This document shows, piece by piece, positions 7,899 through 16,769 of a stretch of DNA of 34,324 nucleotides. The notes beneath the pieces are model-generated. The model saw nothing but the letters and a program-made list of their open reading frames with translations, made no database searches and had not been told where the DNA came from. The DNA lies in the IMG/VR virus record IMGVR_UViG_3300036794_000068, positions 1-34,324 of that record; one strand, written 5' to 3'. Every line of letters begins with the position of its first letter. Position 1 is the stretch's first letter. The position numbers were made by a program, and so were the translations under genes. This DNA comes from a virus. Lineage: Duplodnaviria > Caudoviricetes.

Positions 7899-9470
7899 GT
7901 GATTTCTCGAAAAGAAAAAGCACTCTATCCGTGGGCAGATGAACGACAATATGCCAAGACATTGAATGATATGATTTTGCAATTACAAGTAAATATCAAG
8001 CATTTTATCGCTAATGATAATGAAAGCTCAGAATTTGAGCAGCGATTTGAGCAGTTTTTTAAAAATCAATCGGGCTATTATGGCGATAGATTTGCACATG
8101 ATGTCGTGAAGACGATGATTAATGGTGTAAATCGTGTCGCTTCTGCACAAGTCCAAAAAGCAATTGAGCGACATGATCAGAAAAATTTAGTTCGTGATGC
8201 ACTTGGCGATTTGTCAGATGATGAAAAAGCGTTTATGAATGCAAAATTGGTCGAAAACATTTCATTGATTAAGTCAATTGGCGATGAATACCTGAATAAA
8301 GTCCAAGACGCTGTTTATCGTGCAAAGACAACAGGAATGAGTACGAAAGACCTTGTTACTCAAATTCAAGCGGCCGCAAGCGAAGGGGGAATCACTACAG
8401 TTTCGCAGCGCCGTGCAAATTTGATTGCTCGCGATCAGACAGGTTCAATCAATGGTCAGTTAACTAAATTTAAACAGCAAGAGGCAGGAATCAATAATTT
8501 TCGATGGGAGACTGCAGAGGATGAACGAGTGCGGCCAGCACATAGAGAGATTGATGGCAAGATATTTAGTTGGGTTGATGGTTGGGCAGGTGTTTATCCA
8601 GGAGACCCTATTCAATGTCGATGTGTAGCAACATCAGTCTTTGATGATGAAGCTGCAGATGCAAGCGATGATGAATTTTGGGATCCAGAAGCACCTGACG
8701 CAGTCTTTCCTAAAGCTTCAAATGGCAGTCCAAAACCTCCAAAAGTTGAGCCAAGAGGAGCAGAAAAGCCTGACACACCGTATTGGTCTAATTTACCTAA
8801 TAAGCCGGATTGGTTGAAAGCAACGGGTGCTAAAATAAATACGCCGGTTGAACGAGTAGGGACTCAGATTTCTACTGGTGAAGTGGAACGGATTGAAAAT
8901 ACTCCGTCTAAAGCATATAATAGAGGCAGGAGCAATAGAAATGAGATTTCAGTTTTGATTGATAAATTTAAGCCTTGTCTAGAAGATAGAAAAACAGGAG
9001 AAATTCTTGAAACCTCATATCGATCAATAAAAATTGACAAGAGAATGGCCAATGAGTTGAGAAAACAAGGTTGGAATTTTGATTGGTCTAAATATCAGAA
9101 TCAGAAAATTATTTCTTTGACTTTAAGCGGTTCAAAAGAGATTCAAGGATTGATTACTTATCACGATGAGCCAGAATCTTCATTCACGTTTGTTGACTTA
9201 GTAGAATCTGCTCCACACAATATCGGTCATAATGGAAAGTACTTTGGTGTAGGCGGTCATTTGTTTGCCATTGCCGTTGAACACAGCTTTAAAGTAGGAT
9301 TTGAAGGATATATTTCTTTTAAACCAAAGACTAATTTGGTGCAACATTACGAAGAAATACTAGGAGCCAAACTACTTCATAGTGGTAATCAATATCTTGA
9401 TACGGTTGCTAGTTTAAGATTATTAAAAACTTATACTTTGAACAATGAAAATGGAGGTAATGATAAATGA
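7899..9470 (+). CDS. MuF/SPP1 gp7-like minor head protein with C-terminal GNAT-like (acetyltransferase) extension
   Basis: GGAGG RBS then GTG 7899; RANLIARDQ..W.TAEDERVRPAH..PGDPIQCRC MuF core; Pro-rich linker; C-terminal VESAPHN..KYFGVGGHLFAIAVEHSF..GYISFKPKTNLVQHY. Confidence 0.85.
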   Translation: MISRKEKALYPWADERQYAKTLNDMILQLQVNIKHFIANDNESSEFEQRFEQFFKNQSGYYGDRFAHDVVKTMINGVNRVASAQVQKAIERHDQKNLVRDALGDLSDDEKAFMNAKLVENISLIKSIGDEYLNKVQDAVYRAKTTGMSTKDLVTQIQAAASEGGITTVSQRRANLIARDQTGSINGQLTKFKQQEAGINNFRWETAEDERVRPAHREIDGKIFSWVDGWAGVYPGDPIQCRCVATSVFDDEAADASDDEFWDPEAPDAVFPKASNGSPKPPKVEPRGAEKPDTPYWSNLPNKPDWLKATGAKINTPVERVGTQISTGEVERIENTPSKAYNRGRSNRNEISVLIDKFKPCLEDRKTGEILETSYRSIKIDKRMANELRKQGWNFDWSKYQNQKIISLTLSGSKEIQGLITYHDEPESSFTFVDLVESAPHNIGHNGKYFGVGGHLFAIAVEHSFKVGFEGYISFKPKTNLVQHYEEILGAKLLHSGNQYLDTVASLRLLKTYTLNNENGGNDK

Positions 9471-9685
9471 AAGAAGATATGAAAAAAATATATGAGCTGG
9501 ATGATGTCATTGCTGAGCAAAATCGAATGATTGTGGCAGAAGGTGGTCCTAAGCAAATTTCAAAAGCCGAATTGAAAGAGATTGGAGAAGAGCTTTCTGA
9601 AATCAGACAAAAAACCAAAGCGGAGGCTCGTTTAATAGCCCGACTTTTTCCTGCTGATGAAAGCGAAGACTTGCTAGAAATGTAA
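9467..9685 (+). CDS. Small acidic protein, candidate immunity protein/antitoxin for the MuF C-terminal domain
   Basis: 72 aa, GGAGGT RBS, start adjoining the MuF stop, followed by a terminator. Confidence 0.65.
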   Translation: MKEDMKKIYELDDVIAEQNRMIVAEGGPKQISKAELKEIGEELSEIRQKTKAEARLIARLFPADESEDLLEM

Positions 9686-9710
9686 GCACGAAAACCAATT
9701 CGTGCTTTTT
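9684..9710 (+). terminator. Intrinsic terminator
   Basis: AAGCACGAA-aaccaa-TTCGTGCTT then TTT. Confidence 0.8.
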
Positions 9711-9767
9711 AATATTTCAAAATGAAATAAAAATTTCTAAAAAATAATTTATTTTCTTAACTGAAGC

Positions 9768-9796
9768 TTGATATACATATATATATTTGGTAAAAT
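9768..9796 (+). promoter_or_regulatory. Sigma-A promoter of the moron
   Basis: TTGATA-17 bp-TAAAAT with TG extended -10. Confidence 0.75.
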
Positions 9797-9836
9797 AAGA
9801 ATCTGTATTACAAACACTCATTTAGGAGAAAAAATT

Positions 9837-10463
9837 ATGCAAAACGCAAAAGAAAAAAAGCCTTTTTATAAGCGGGTTTGGTTTGGTGTTTTGACTGTGA
9901 TTATTGTGTTGCTTGTCATTGTTATAGCACTTTCTGGGGGAAGTTCGGATAAAAATTCGACTTCGTCTAGCAGTAGTTCTAAGACAATGACAAGTTCATC
10001 GAAACCGTCAAGTAGTTCCAGCTCAACTACGGCATCATCACCATCAAGCAGCTCAACTAAGTCACTAAAATCAATCGAAGCTACAGATTATAACCCAACT
10101 GCAGATACAAAAACAGCTGACTATCAGGCAGTGCCATATGATTCGCTTGCTCGTACTCCAGAGCAATACATGGGAAAAGAAGTTTCTGTGTCTGGTGAGG
10201 TGATGCAGGTTACTGACCCAGGTAGTTCTGACTTTGCTCAGATTTTGGTTGATACCCAAGGAGCGGATGGAGATGGTAGCAAACTTGTAGAGCTTGCGAT
10301 TGACGCATCTTACTTTAAGGTTCATCGTATCTTGGAAAACGATACAGTTACGGTTTATGGCATCAGCTATGGTCTTGATACTTATGATTCAACTGGAAAT
10401 GGACAAGTAACAGTTCCAACTCTTGTTGCTCGTTTTTATACGGACACACCAATGTCAAATTAA
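9837..10463 (+). CDS. Membrane-anchored surface protein (moron): TM helix, Ser-rich linker, OB-fold-like domain
   Basis: AGGAG RBS then ATG 9837; KKPFYKRVWF + hydrophobic helix; poly-Ser linker; own promoter and terminator. Confidence 0.85.
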   Translation: MQNAKEKKPFYKRVWFGVLTVIIVLLVIVIALSGGSSDKNSTSSSSSSKTMTSSSKPSSSSSSTTASSPSSSSTKSLKSIEATDYNPTADTKTADYQAVPYDSLARTPEQYMGKEVSVSGEVMQVTDPGSSDFAQILVDTQGADGDGSKLVELAIDASYFKVHRILENDTVTVYGISYGLDTYDSTGNGQVTVPTLVARFYTDTPMSN

Positions 10464-10472
10464 ATTAAAATC

Positions 10473-10503
10473 AAGCGTTTGACAGAATTGGTCAGGCGCT
10501 TTT
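10473..10503 (+). terminator. Intrinsic terminator
   Basis: AAGCGTTTGAC-agaattg-GTCAGGCGCTT then TT (G-U pairs work on +). Confidence 0.7.
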
Positions 10504-10549
10504 ATCATGCCCTCAGCATGGCGTAAAACTGACTGATGTGGAGGAAAAA

Positions 10550-10996
10550 ATGGCAGATAAAGCCGTAATAATTACACCAGCAATACAGTTGTCAATGAAT
10601 GATACTATTGCAACAATCAAATCTTTGCTCGATTTACTTGGAATTCCATATCCTAGTACAGCAGTCAAATCGGAATTGTTTGCATTACTTCCTGCTACTA
10701 ATATTGCACCAGATACTAGTTTTAAAACCGTAAGTGATGCCGTAAACGAGACAGTCGGCAATGCTGCTCAAGACATTGCAAATGAGGAGGCGGCAGATAC
10801 CGCAAGTGATACTACAATAGTACATGAACAGCCAGAGGCGCCGCAAGCAGCGACAGTCCCAACCTATACTGTAGAATCTGGGGACACGATTGCAGGGGTT
10901 GCAACGAGATTTGGAATGTCAGTAGGAAAACTTCAAAAATTAAATCCCCCGCTTGGTGTGATTCTCGTACCCGGTCGAGTGCTTAAACTCGCCTAG
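10550..10996 (+). CDS. HeH/LEM-like plus LysM domain protein
   Basis: GGAGG RBS then ATG 10550; TIATIKSLLDLLGIPYPSTAVKSELFALL; C-terminal YTVESGDTIAGVATRFGMSVGKLQKLN LysM. Confidence 0.8.
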   Translation: MADKAVIITPAIQLSMNDTIATIKSLLDLLGIPYPSTAVKSELFALLPATNIAPDTSFKTVSDAVNETVGNAAQDIANEEAADTASDTTIVHEQPEAPQAATVPTYTVESGDTIAGVATRFGMSVGKLQKLNPPLGVILVPGRVLKLA

Positions 10997-11006
10997 AAAG
11001 TAAAAG

Positions 11007-12161
11007 ATGAAAATAATTGAAACCATAAGAGCCCCTATCAGAGACACGGCGTTGACTGATGAGGGCTTTTTGATTGTCAAGGCAACACCGATTGCACGAA
11101 CTGGGGTTTTTCCCTACATGACATTTGATGGCAAATCTATGCAAGCTAAGTTGCCTGATGATTTATTATCAAATACAACCGTTTTAAGTGCACAAGGCAA
11201 AGCTGTTACCAATAATCATCCGCCTGTTAGTGTTACAGCTGATAATTTCAAGCAATACAGCGTTGGTGTAACGATGGATGACGCAAAGGCCGTTGGTGAT
11301 AAACTTCAAGTTACTGTTCAGGTCATGGATGCACAAGCCATTCGTGATGTTGAATCTGGGAAAAGAGAGCTTTCAATCGGCTTTTCTGCAGATATAGTTG
11401 AGAAAAACGGTATTTTTGACGGTCAAAAGTTTGATCATGTTCAGAAAAACATTCGGATAAACCATGTTGCTATCGTTGATAAAGGACGAGCTGGGAGCGA
11501 GGTAGCACTCAAAACGGACAGTGTGGACGAAAACATAATTTATTTAATCGACGAAGACGTCGAAAAAAAAGAAAAACTGGAGGATTCAAAGATGAAAAAT
11601 GTGAAAATCGGCGATAAAATGATTGATTTAACTGCCGAAGACGCACAAGACCAGATTACTAGCGCTGTTCAAGCTGCTTGCGATTCTGCTTGCGCCAAAT
11701 CGAAGAATGATACAAAGTCAAAAGGCATTGATTCTGCAGACGCAGCACTTGCTATGGCGACAAGTTATAAAGCAGATTTGGAAAAAGCCAACGGGAAAAT
11801 TGCTGTTCTTGAAAAACAAAACGAAAAATTTGTAGCAGACGCAGCGGATGTTGAAAATACATTTGATAAACGTGTCCAAGAACGTGTTGAACTCGAAAAA
11901 TCTGCTCGTAAGGTTCTTGGCGATTCTGCTGAGATGCCAAAGACAGAAAAAGAAATCAAAATCGCTGTTATCAAGCACATTAACAAAAATATTGAATTGG
12001 CTGATGAGGCGTCTGACGCTTTTATTGACGGTGCTTACAGCATTGCTGTTACCTCAACACCAAAGACTCCTAATGTGGATATTGCTGGTGTAAAGACAAT
12101 TGATGACGCTGCAAACGATGTCGAAAAACTTCGCATTGAGCGTCATAATCTAAAAAAATAA
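11007..12161 (+). CDS. Prohead protease/scaffold (DUF2213-like)
   Basis: IARTGVFPY, VTNNHP, RELSIGF, NHVAIVDKGRAG motifs; coiled-coil C-terminal half. Confidence 0.88.
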   Translation: MKIIETIRAPIRDTALTDEGFLIVKATPIARTGVFPYMTFDGKSMQAKLPDDLLSNTTVLSAQGKAVTNNHPPVSVTADNFKQYSVGVTMDDAKAVGDKLQVTVQVMDAQAIRDVESGKRELSIGFSADIVEKNGIFDGQKFDHVQKNIRINHVAIVDKGRAGSEVALKTDSVDENIIYLIDEDVEKKEKLEDSKMKNVKIGDKMIDLTAEDAQDQITSAVQAACDSACAKSKNDTKSKGIDSADAALAMATSYKADLEKANGKIAVLEKQNEKFVADAADVENTFDKRVQERVELEKSARKVLGDSAEMPKTEKEIKIAVIKHINKNIELADEASDAFIDGAYSIAVTSTPKTPNVDIAGVKTIDDAANDVEKLRIERHNLKK

Positions 12162-12175
12162 GGAGGAATTGAAAA

Positions 12176-12622
12176 ATGACATTTCCATTACCTACACTTT
12201 ATCGCGACCCTATGCTTTCGCTCGGTCACATTTATGATACCACACAGCAAGATGTCCGTTCAGAAGTTACACCAGTTGCTTTGAATTATGGCCAAGCAGT
12301 TGCTTGGGTCAATGGTAAAATTGCTGTTGCTGGTGCAACGGACAAACTTTACGGTATTGTACGCGCAAATGAAGTCTTGAAAAATACTTTTGCCTTTGAG
12401 GGAGAAGCTGAACAAGCCGGCTCTTATGAAATTGGTGAAGTTGTCCCTATCATGGTGCACGGAACAATGGTAGTCGCAACTACTGGTCCAGTCTCAAAAG
12501 GGCAGACAGCAATCCTTGCAGCAAATGGTTTGTTTGCTGCAGCTACTGATACAACTACTGTTGGTATCGGAACTTTCATGTCTGATGGAACTGACTCAGC
12601 AGCAGTCAGCATTAATTTGTAA
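12176..12622 (+). CDS. Capsid decoration/cement protein
   Basis: 148 aa beta-rich Gly/Ala protein between scaffold and capsid; AAGGAGG RBS. Confidence 0.7.
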   Translation: MTFPLPTLYRDPMLSLGHIYDTTQQDVRSEVTPVALNYGQAVAWVNGKIAVAGATDKLYGIVRANEVLKNTFAFEGEAEQAGSYEIGEVVPIMVHGTMVVATTGPVSKGQTAILAANGLFAAATDTTTVGIGTFMSDGTDSAAVSINL

Positions 12623-12640
12623 TTTAGGAGGAAAATATTC

Positions 12641-13522
12641 ATGGTTACAGCTACTGGCGTCCTTGAACGTCGCGACCTCGTCGCACTCGAAACTCGTCTG
12701 CTCCAAGTTCCCGAAGGTGAACTTGTCGGGCGTAAACTTTTTCACAATAACACTTCAATCAATCCCGGAGCAGAATCTTATGGTTATGACATCATGACTC
12801 GTACTGGGGTTGCAAAATTCATAGCGAACGGTTCAACGGAATTACCACTAGTTGATGTGGATTTCACACGTGCCTTTAATCCATTGGTTTCAATTGGTGC
12901 TGGGGCACAATGGACACTTCAAGAACTTCGTGCAGCAAGTATGGCGCATGTTCCAATTAATGCAGCAAAAATAGACACGGTACGCCGTGCGATGTCTGAA
13001 AAAGAAGATAAATTAATTTTTGTCGGTGCTCCTGAGTTAGGCATTAAAGGAATTACCAATGCGGAGGGCATTCAAGTTGTCCCATCCTCTGCAAAATGGT
13101 CAACGATGACTCCAGAAAAAATTGTTGACCAAATTGGCTCCGCACGTAAATTAGCGAAAAAAATGCCCGGTTTTGAACAGGCAAGTTATGTCTTAATTTT
13201 GCCTACTGACCAATTTGAAGATATTTCTCGAATTCGTTACAACGACTACGAGCCTAAAACGATTCTTCAAATCATCCAGGGCTACAATTGGTTCACACAA
13301 ATCATCTCCACTCAGGCTATGTCTGGCACAGGAGATGGGGGCTCAGATGCCGCTTTGATTGCGAATAATGCTGATGATGTCTGTGAAATCTTGGTAGCCT
13401 CTGATGTGACATTGCTTCAACAAGAAAACTATTCGCTCTTCACCAAACAAGGAGCAGAGGCACGTGTTGGTGGCGCAGCAGTCAGAATTCCTTATCAGTT
13501 TGTCCGTATTGACGGAATTTAA
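12641..13522 (+). CDS. Major capsid protein (DUF2184-like, HK97 fold)
   Basis: AGGAGG RBS; WTLQELRAA, DKLIFVG..LGIKGITN, RVGGAAVRIP..FVRIDGI. Confidence 0.88.
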   Translation: MVTATGVLERRDLVALETRLLQVPEGELVGRKLFHNNTSINPGAESYGYDIMTRTGVAKFIANGSTELPLVDVDFTRAFNPLVSIGAGAQWTLQELRAASMAHVPINAAKIDTVRRAMSEKEDKLIFVGAPELGIKGITNAEGIQVVPSSAKWSTMTPEKIVDQIGSARKLAKKMPGFEQASYVLILPTDQFEDISRIRYNDYEPKTILQIIQGYNWFTQIISTQAMSGTGDGGSDAALIANNADDVCEILVASDVTLLQQENYSLFTKQGAEARVGGAAVRIPYQFVRIDGI

Positions 13523-13532
13523 GGGGCTGTCT

Positions 13533-13889
13533 ATGAAAATCACTAATTTTACAAAATCAGTCATTCATCTTGGAGAGGTTGCATTGCAGCCTGGGATTAA
13601 TGACGTTGAAGAAGAGATTAAGGCGAAAATTGAAAGTTCCGCTTTTTTTAAATCTTTTTTTGCTCATAATACCGATTATGTATCCAGTGGTTTTACTGAT
13701 ACAACGGAAATGGCAGCAGCAAATGCAGTCAAATATGTAACAACTCTTACTGACAAAGCTCTTTTAAATGCTGCTCTTACGGCAGAAAAGGGCTTGAAAA
13801 AAGTGCGGAGCAGTGTAATCAATGCAATCACAGCACGCTTGAGCGACCTTGAAGCTGCTGAAAAGAAAGAACAAGATAAAACTGAGTAA
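13533..13889 (+). CDS. Hypothetical head-associated protein (start reassigned to ATG 13533)
   Basis: AAGGGG RBS; V.LQPG.N.V motif common in genes after this capsid type. Confidence 0.7.
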   Translation: MKITNFTKSVIHLGEVALQPGINDVEEEIKAKIESSAFFKSFFAHNTDYVSSGFTDTTEMAAANAVKYVTTLTDKALLNAALTAEKGLKKVRSSVINAITARLSDLEAAEKKEQDKTE

Positions 13890-13900
13890 GGGGATTGCTG

Positions 13901-14281
13901 ATGAGTTACGAATTTGACGCGACGATTGTCGCAAAAAAGGCAAGATTAATGCACGGCGGATTCGCAACAATCGGCGATGATGTCGCACAAGAATTTGCTG
14001 ACCAAGCTTGGCTTGTTGTTAATCGCGTAAAGTTGCCTGATGACATGCAAGAATTAGGAACAAAGCTTTATACAGCGCACCTTTTGTATAATTATTCGTT
14101 TGGGGGGATGGCTTCAGGAAATAATGAATCTCTCGAAGCTGGACCATTGAAGAAAAGTACAACTGGTGGTTCTTACTTCGCTCCTGATAAGATTTTTAAA
14201 GACCCGTTTTATCATGATTGGCTCGATTTGGTTCGGCGATATGGTAAGGGGTGGGGGATTGGATTGGGGGTAGTACAATGA
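13901..14281 (+). CDS. Head-tail adaptor (DUF4054-like)
   Basis: LYTAHLL motif; synteny. Confidence 0.7.
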   Translation: MSYEFDATIVAKKARLMHGGFATIGDDVAQEFADQAWLVVNRVKLPDDMQELGTKLYTAHLLYNYSFGGMASGNNESLEAGPLKKSTTGGSYFAPDKIFKDPFYHDWLDLVRRYGKGWGIGLGVVQ

Positions 14282-14802
14282 CCATTACGATTAAAGATGA
14301 GAACCATCTTCCTGAAATCATTGAGCAGATTAATCAGCTTTCAAAATATAAAGTAAGTGCAGGCGTGCCAAGTGATGGCGATGTCGGTATGATTGCGGCT
14401 GTTATGGAATATGGTGCTACAATCGTCCCTCGCCCCGAACGTTTTGAAAAAAACAAGGGCTATTTGTGGATCCCAGATAAAGAAAATGGGGGATTTGTCT
14501 TGTTGAAATCTGTTACAATTCCTTCACGTTCATACATTCGCTCAACGTTTACTGAAAAGCAAGCGGATTGGCAGGCTTTCGCTGAAAAGCTAGTTTGGCA
14601 AGTAGCAACAGGGGATTTGACAGCTTATCAAGCCTATAACCAACTCGGCGCACGACTTGCTCGTGATATTCAGCAAAAAATCAAATCACATCCATCGCCT
14701 GCTAATGCCCCGCTTACATCGGGGAACAAATCAGGTGGCGGAACATTGATTGACACTGGACGTCTATGGCAGTCTGTAACATGGAAAGTAGAGGGAATTT
14801 AA
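14278..14802 (+). CDS. Neck/tail-completion protein (HK97 gp10-like)
   Basis: IAAVMEYGA, IPSRSYIRST, PANAP.T, LIDTGRLWQSVTW. Confidence 0.8.
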   Translation: MTITIKDENHLPEIIEQINQLSKYKVSAGVPSDGDVGMIAAVMEYGATIVPRPERFEKNKGYLWIPDKENGGFVLLKSVTIPSRSYIRSTFTEKQADWQAFAEKLVWQVATGDLTAYQAYNQLGARLARDIQQKIKSHPSPANAPLTSGNKSGGGTLIDTGRLWQSVTWKVEGI

Positions 14803-14803
14803 A

Positions 14804-15184
14804 ATGCCAATGTTGATCGATGGTCGGGAAATTCTTGATAATTTCCAAATGGATGTTCCAGTTTTGGTGGAAATCCAAGACGGCATAGATACAGCAATCA
14901 TATCTTATGACCCATTTTTGCCTGCGAATAATGCAATAAGTTCATCGGATCGAATGAATGCATTTATCCAAGGAATGGGCGGTTGGGATGATGTGAATCA
15001 TGCCATATGGTACACCACAGAGAAAGTGCCTAAAGGCGCAAAAGTCAAATTTACAGACAAATATTGGACGATTGTCAATGTAGATGATTATGAAGCGACA
15101 ACGTTCTCAAATGTTAATTTTTATAAATTGAATGAGAGCGGGATTTTACAGGCAAAGGGGGTAAGCTTAGATGACGAATGGTGA
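14804..15184 (+). CDS. Putative head closure protein
   Basis: 126 aa; synteny in the neck cluster. Confidence 0.55.
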   Translation: MPMLIDGREILDNFQMDVPVLVEIQDGIDTAIISYDPFLPANNAISSSDRMNAFIQGMGGWDDVNHAIWYTTEKVPKGAKVKFTDKYWTIVNVDDYEATTFSNVNFYKLNESGILQAKGVSLDDEW

Positions 15185-15659
15185 CGATTTTATTAAAGTT
15201 CCACGTGCATTGAAAGTCATTGTCAAAAGATATCTTGGCATGGAACTTGTGGAAATGAAAAACGGTAAGAGCCGTCCGCCATTACCTTTTGCGACTTACG
15301 ATGTCGTTAATCCCTATATTCCACAATCACATCACAATAGTCCAGCAGATGGCTTTAGTATTGAGGTTCAAATTGGCATCCACGGCGCTCAACCTCAATT
15401 CGTCTTACAGAACGCACTTGAGCTTAGAGCGCAATTAGAGCGTTCATCAGTCATTAATGCCTTGGCAACGCTTGGCATTCATTTTGAGAAGATTATTGAT
15501 GTGTACAATCGGCCAACACTTCTTGCTGGTGAAGCTTATGAGTACATTTCAGGAATTGATTTGCAATTAGGTTTAGATGTATCACTTGCGCCTGATGATG
15601 CTGAACCAATTGAGCAACTTGGAATTTTCGGAATGAATGGACAAGACATTTCAATTTAA
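15171..15659 (+). CDS. Putative tail terminator
   Basis: RPPLPFATYDV motif; immediately before the sheath. Confidence 0.65.
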   Translation: MTNGDDFIKVPRALKVIVKRYLGMELVEMKNGKSRPPLPFATYDVVNPYIPQSHHNSPADGFSIEVQIGIHGAQPQFVLQNALELRAQLERSSVINALATLGIHFEKIIDVYNRPTLLAGEAYEYISGIDLQLGLDVSLAPDDAEPIEQLGIFGMNGQDISI

Positions 15660-15698
15660 GAATTTTGACAGTTTTGTCAAAAAATGGAGGAAAAAAAT

Positions 15699-16754
15699 AT
15701 GTCAATCACAGACGTTACCGTTACTATTTCGGTCAAAAAGACAACGTCAGTTTCTGGTTTCGGCATTCCCGCGGTATTTGTTCCCGGGGCTGCTAATACT
15801 TACAGAGAATATCGCTCATTTGAACCGTTCCAATTGGATTATGAGCCAACTACTTCAACCTATGCTATTGCAGAGATGTTTTTCAAACAACAAGGGCATC
15901 CTCAGTCTATGGCAGTCATTACCTACCAAGATTTGACTGAAGCATACAACATGTTTGCTAACAGAGCATGGTACCTTGCCATTCTAGCAAATGAGGGATT
16001 TGCAACACCGACAATACACCCTCAAAATGATGTAAATGTGCTAACCCTTTCCAATTTGGTTGAAGAAAGTCAGTACCGAATGCTATATGTGTTGGATTCT
16101 TATGCGGCAACAGATGAAATTACTGATCCAGACACTTTGGTCGGAAATCTTGCCGGCAATACTCGAACCGTTTTAATTGCCAAAAAAGTACATGGAACAG
16201 AAAAAGTTGCTGAACGTTTGGACGCTGCACTGATTGGATTATATGGTGCAAAAACGATTGGCTCTTTAAATTGGCATGACTTAACTGTTCCAGGACTCAC
16301 TGCCGATGATTGGAGTGCTGTAAGCCTTTCTGCCATTGAACAAACTGGTGTTGTTGCGCTTGTTAATAAATCAAATAATATCGCTCAAACAACATCAGGA
16401 AAAACTGTTTCTGGCATGTATATTGACCAAATCATGGGGATTGACTGGACAGCAAAAAATATTCAGTCACGGCTGCAAGATGTTTTGACCAACAATGATA
16501 AAGTTCCTTTCAGCACAGGTGGCATTGCTTTGCTGCAATCCATCGTTGAAAATGTGCTCGAACAAGCGTATACGAATGGAATCATTGATGTCGACGATGC
16601 CTCAGGTAATGCGCTTTATTCAGTTACAGCGCAGCCGCGCAGTGCACTTGACCCTGCGGATATTGCTAATCGAGCATACAAGGGATTGTCGTATGATTAC
16701 ACACCTGCTGGTGCGATTGATACAGTCAATGTCTTTGGCTCAATTGAGATTTAA
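15699..16754 (+). CDS. Contractile tail sheath protein (DUF3383-like)
   Basis: GGAGG RBS then ATG 15699; GFGIP, SGMYIDQIMGIDW, KVPFS..GIALLQS, RAYKG..Y..AGAI..V.V.G. Confidence 0.85.
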   Translation: MSITDVTVTISVKKTTSVSGFGIPAVFVPGAANTYREYRSFEPFQLDYEPTTSTYAIAEMFFKQQGHPQSMAVITYQDLTEAYNMFANRAWYLAILANEGFATPTIHPQNDVNVLTLSNLVEESQYRMLYVLDSYAATDEITDPDTLVGNLAGNTRTVLIAKKVHGTEKVAERLDAALIGLYGAKTIGSLNWHDLTVPGLTADDWSAVSLSAIEQTGVVALVNKSNNIAQTTSGKTVSGMYIDQIMGIDWTAKNIQSRLQDVLTNNDKVPFSTGGIALLQSIVENVLEQAYTNGIIDVDDASGNALYSVTAQPRSALDPADIANRAYKGLSYDYTPAGAIDTVNVFGSIEI

Positions 16755-16769
16755 GGAGGACAATTTTAA

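Noticed and set aside
9768-9836. Upstream TTG start given in the ORF track
   Set aside because: Coincides with the -35 box; ATG 9837 has the RBS
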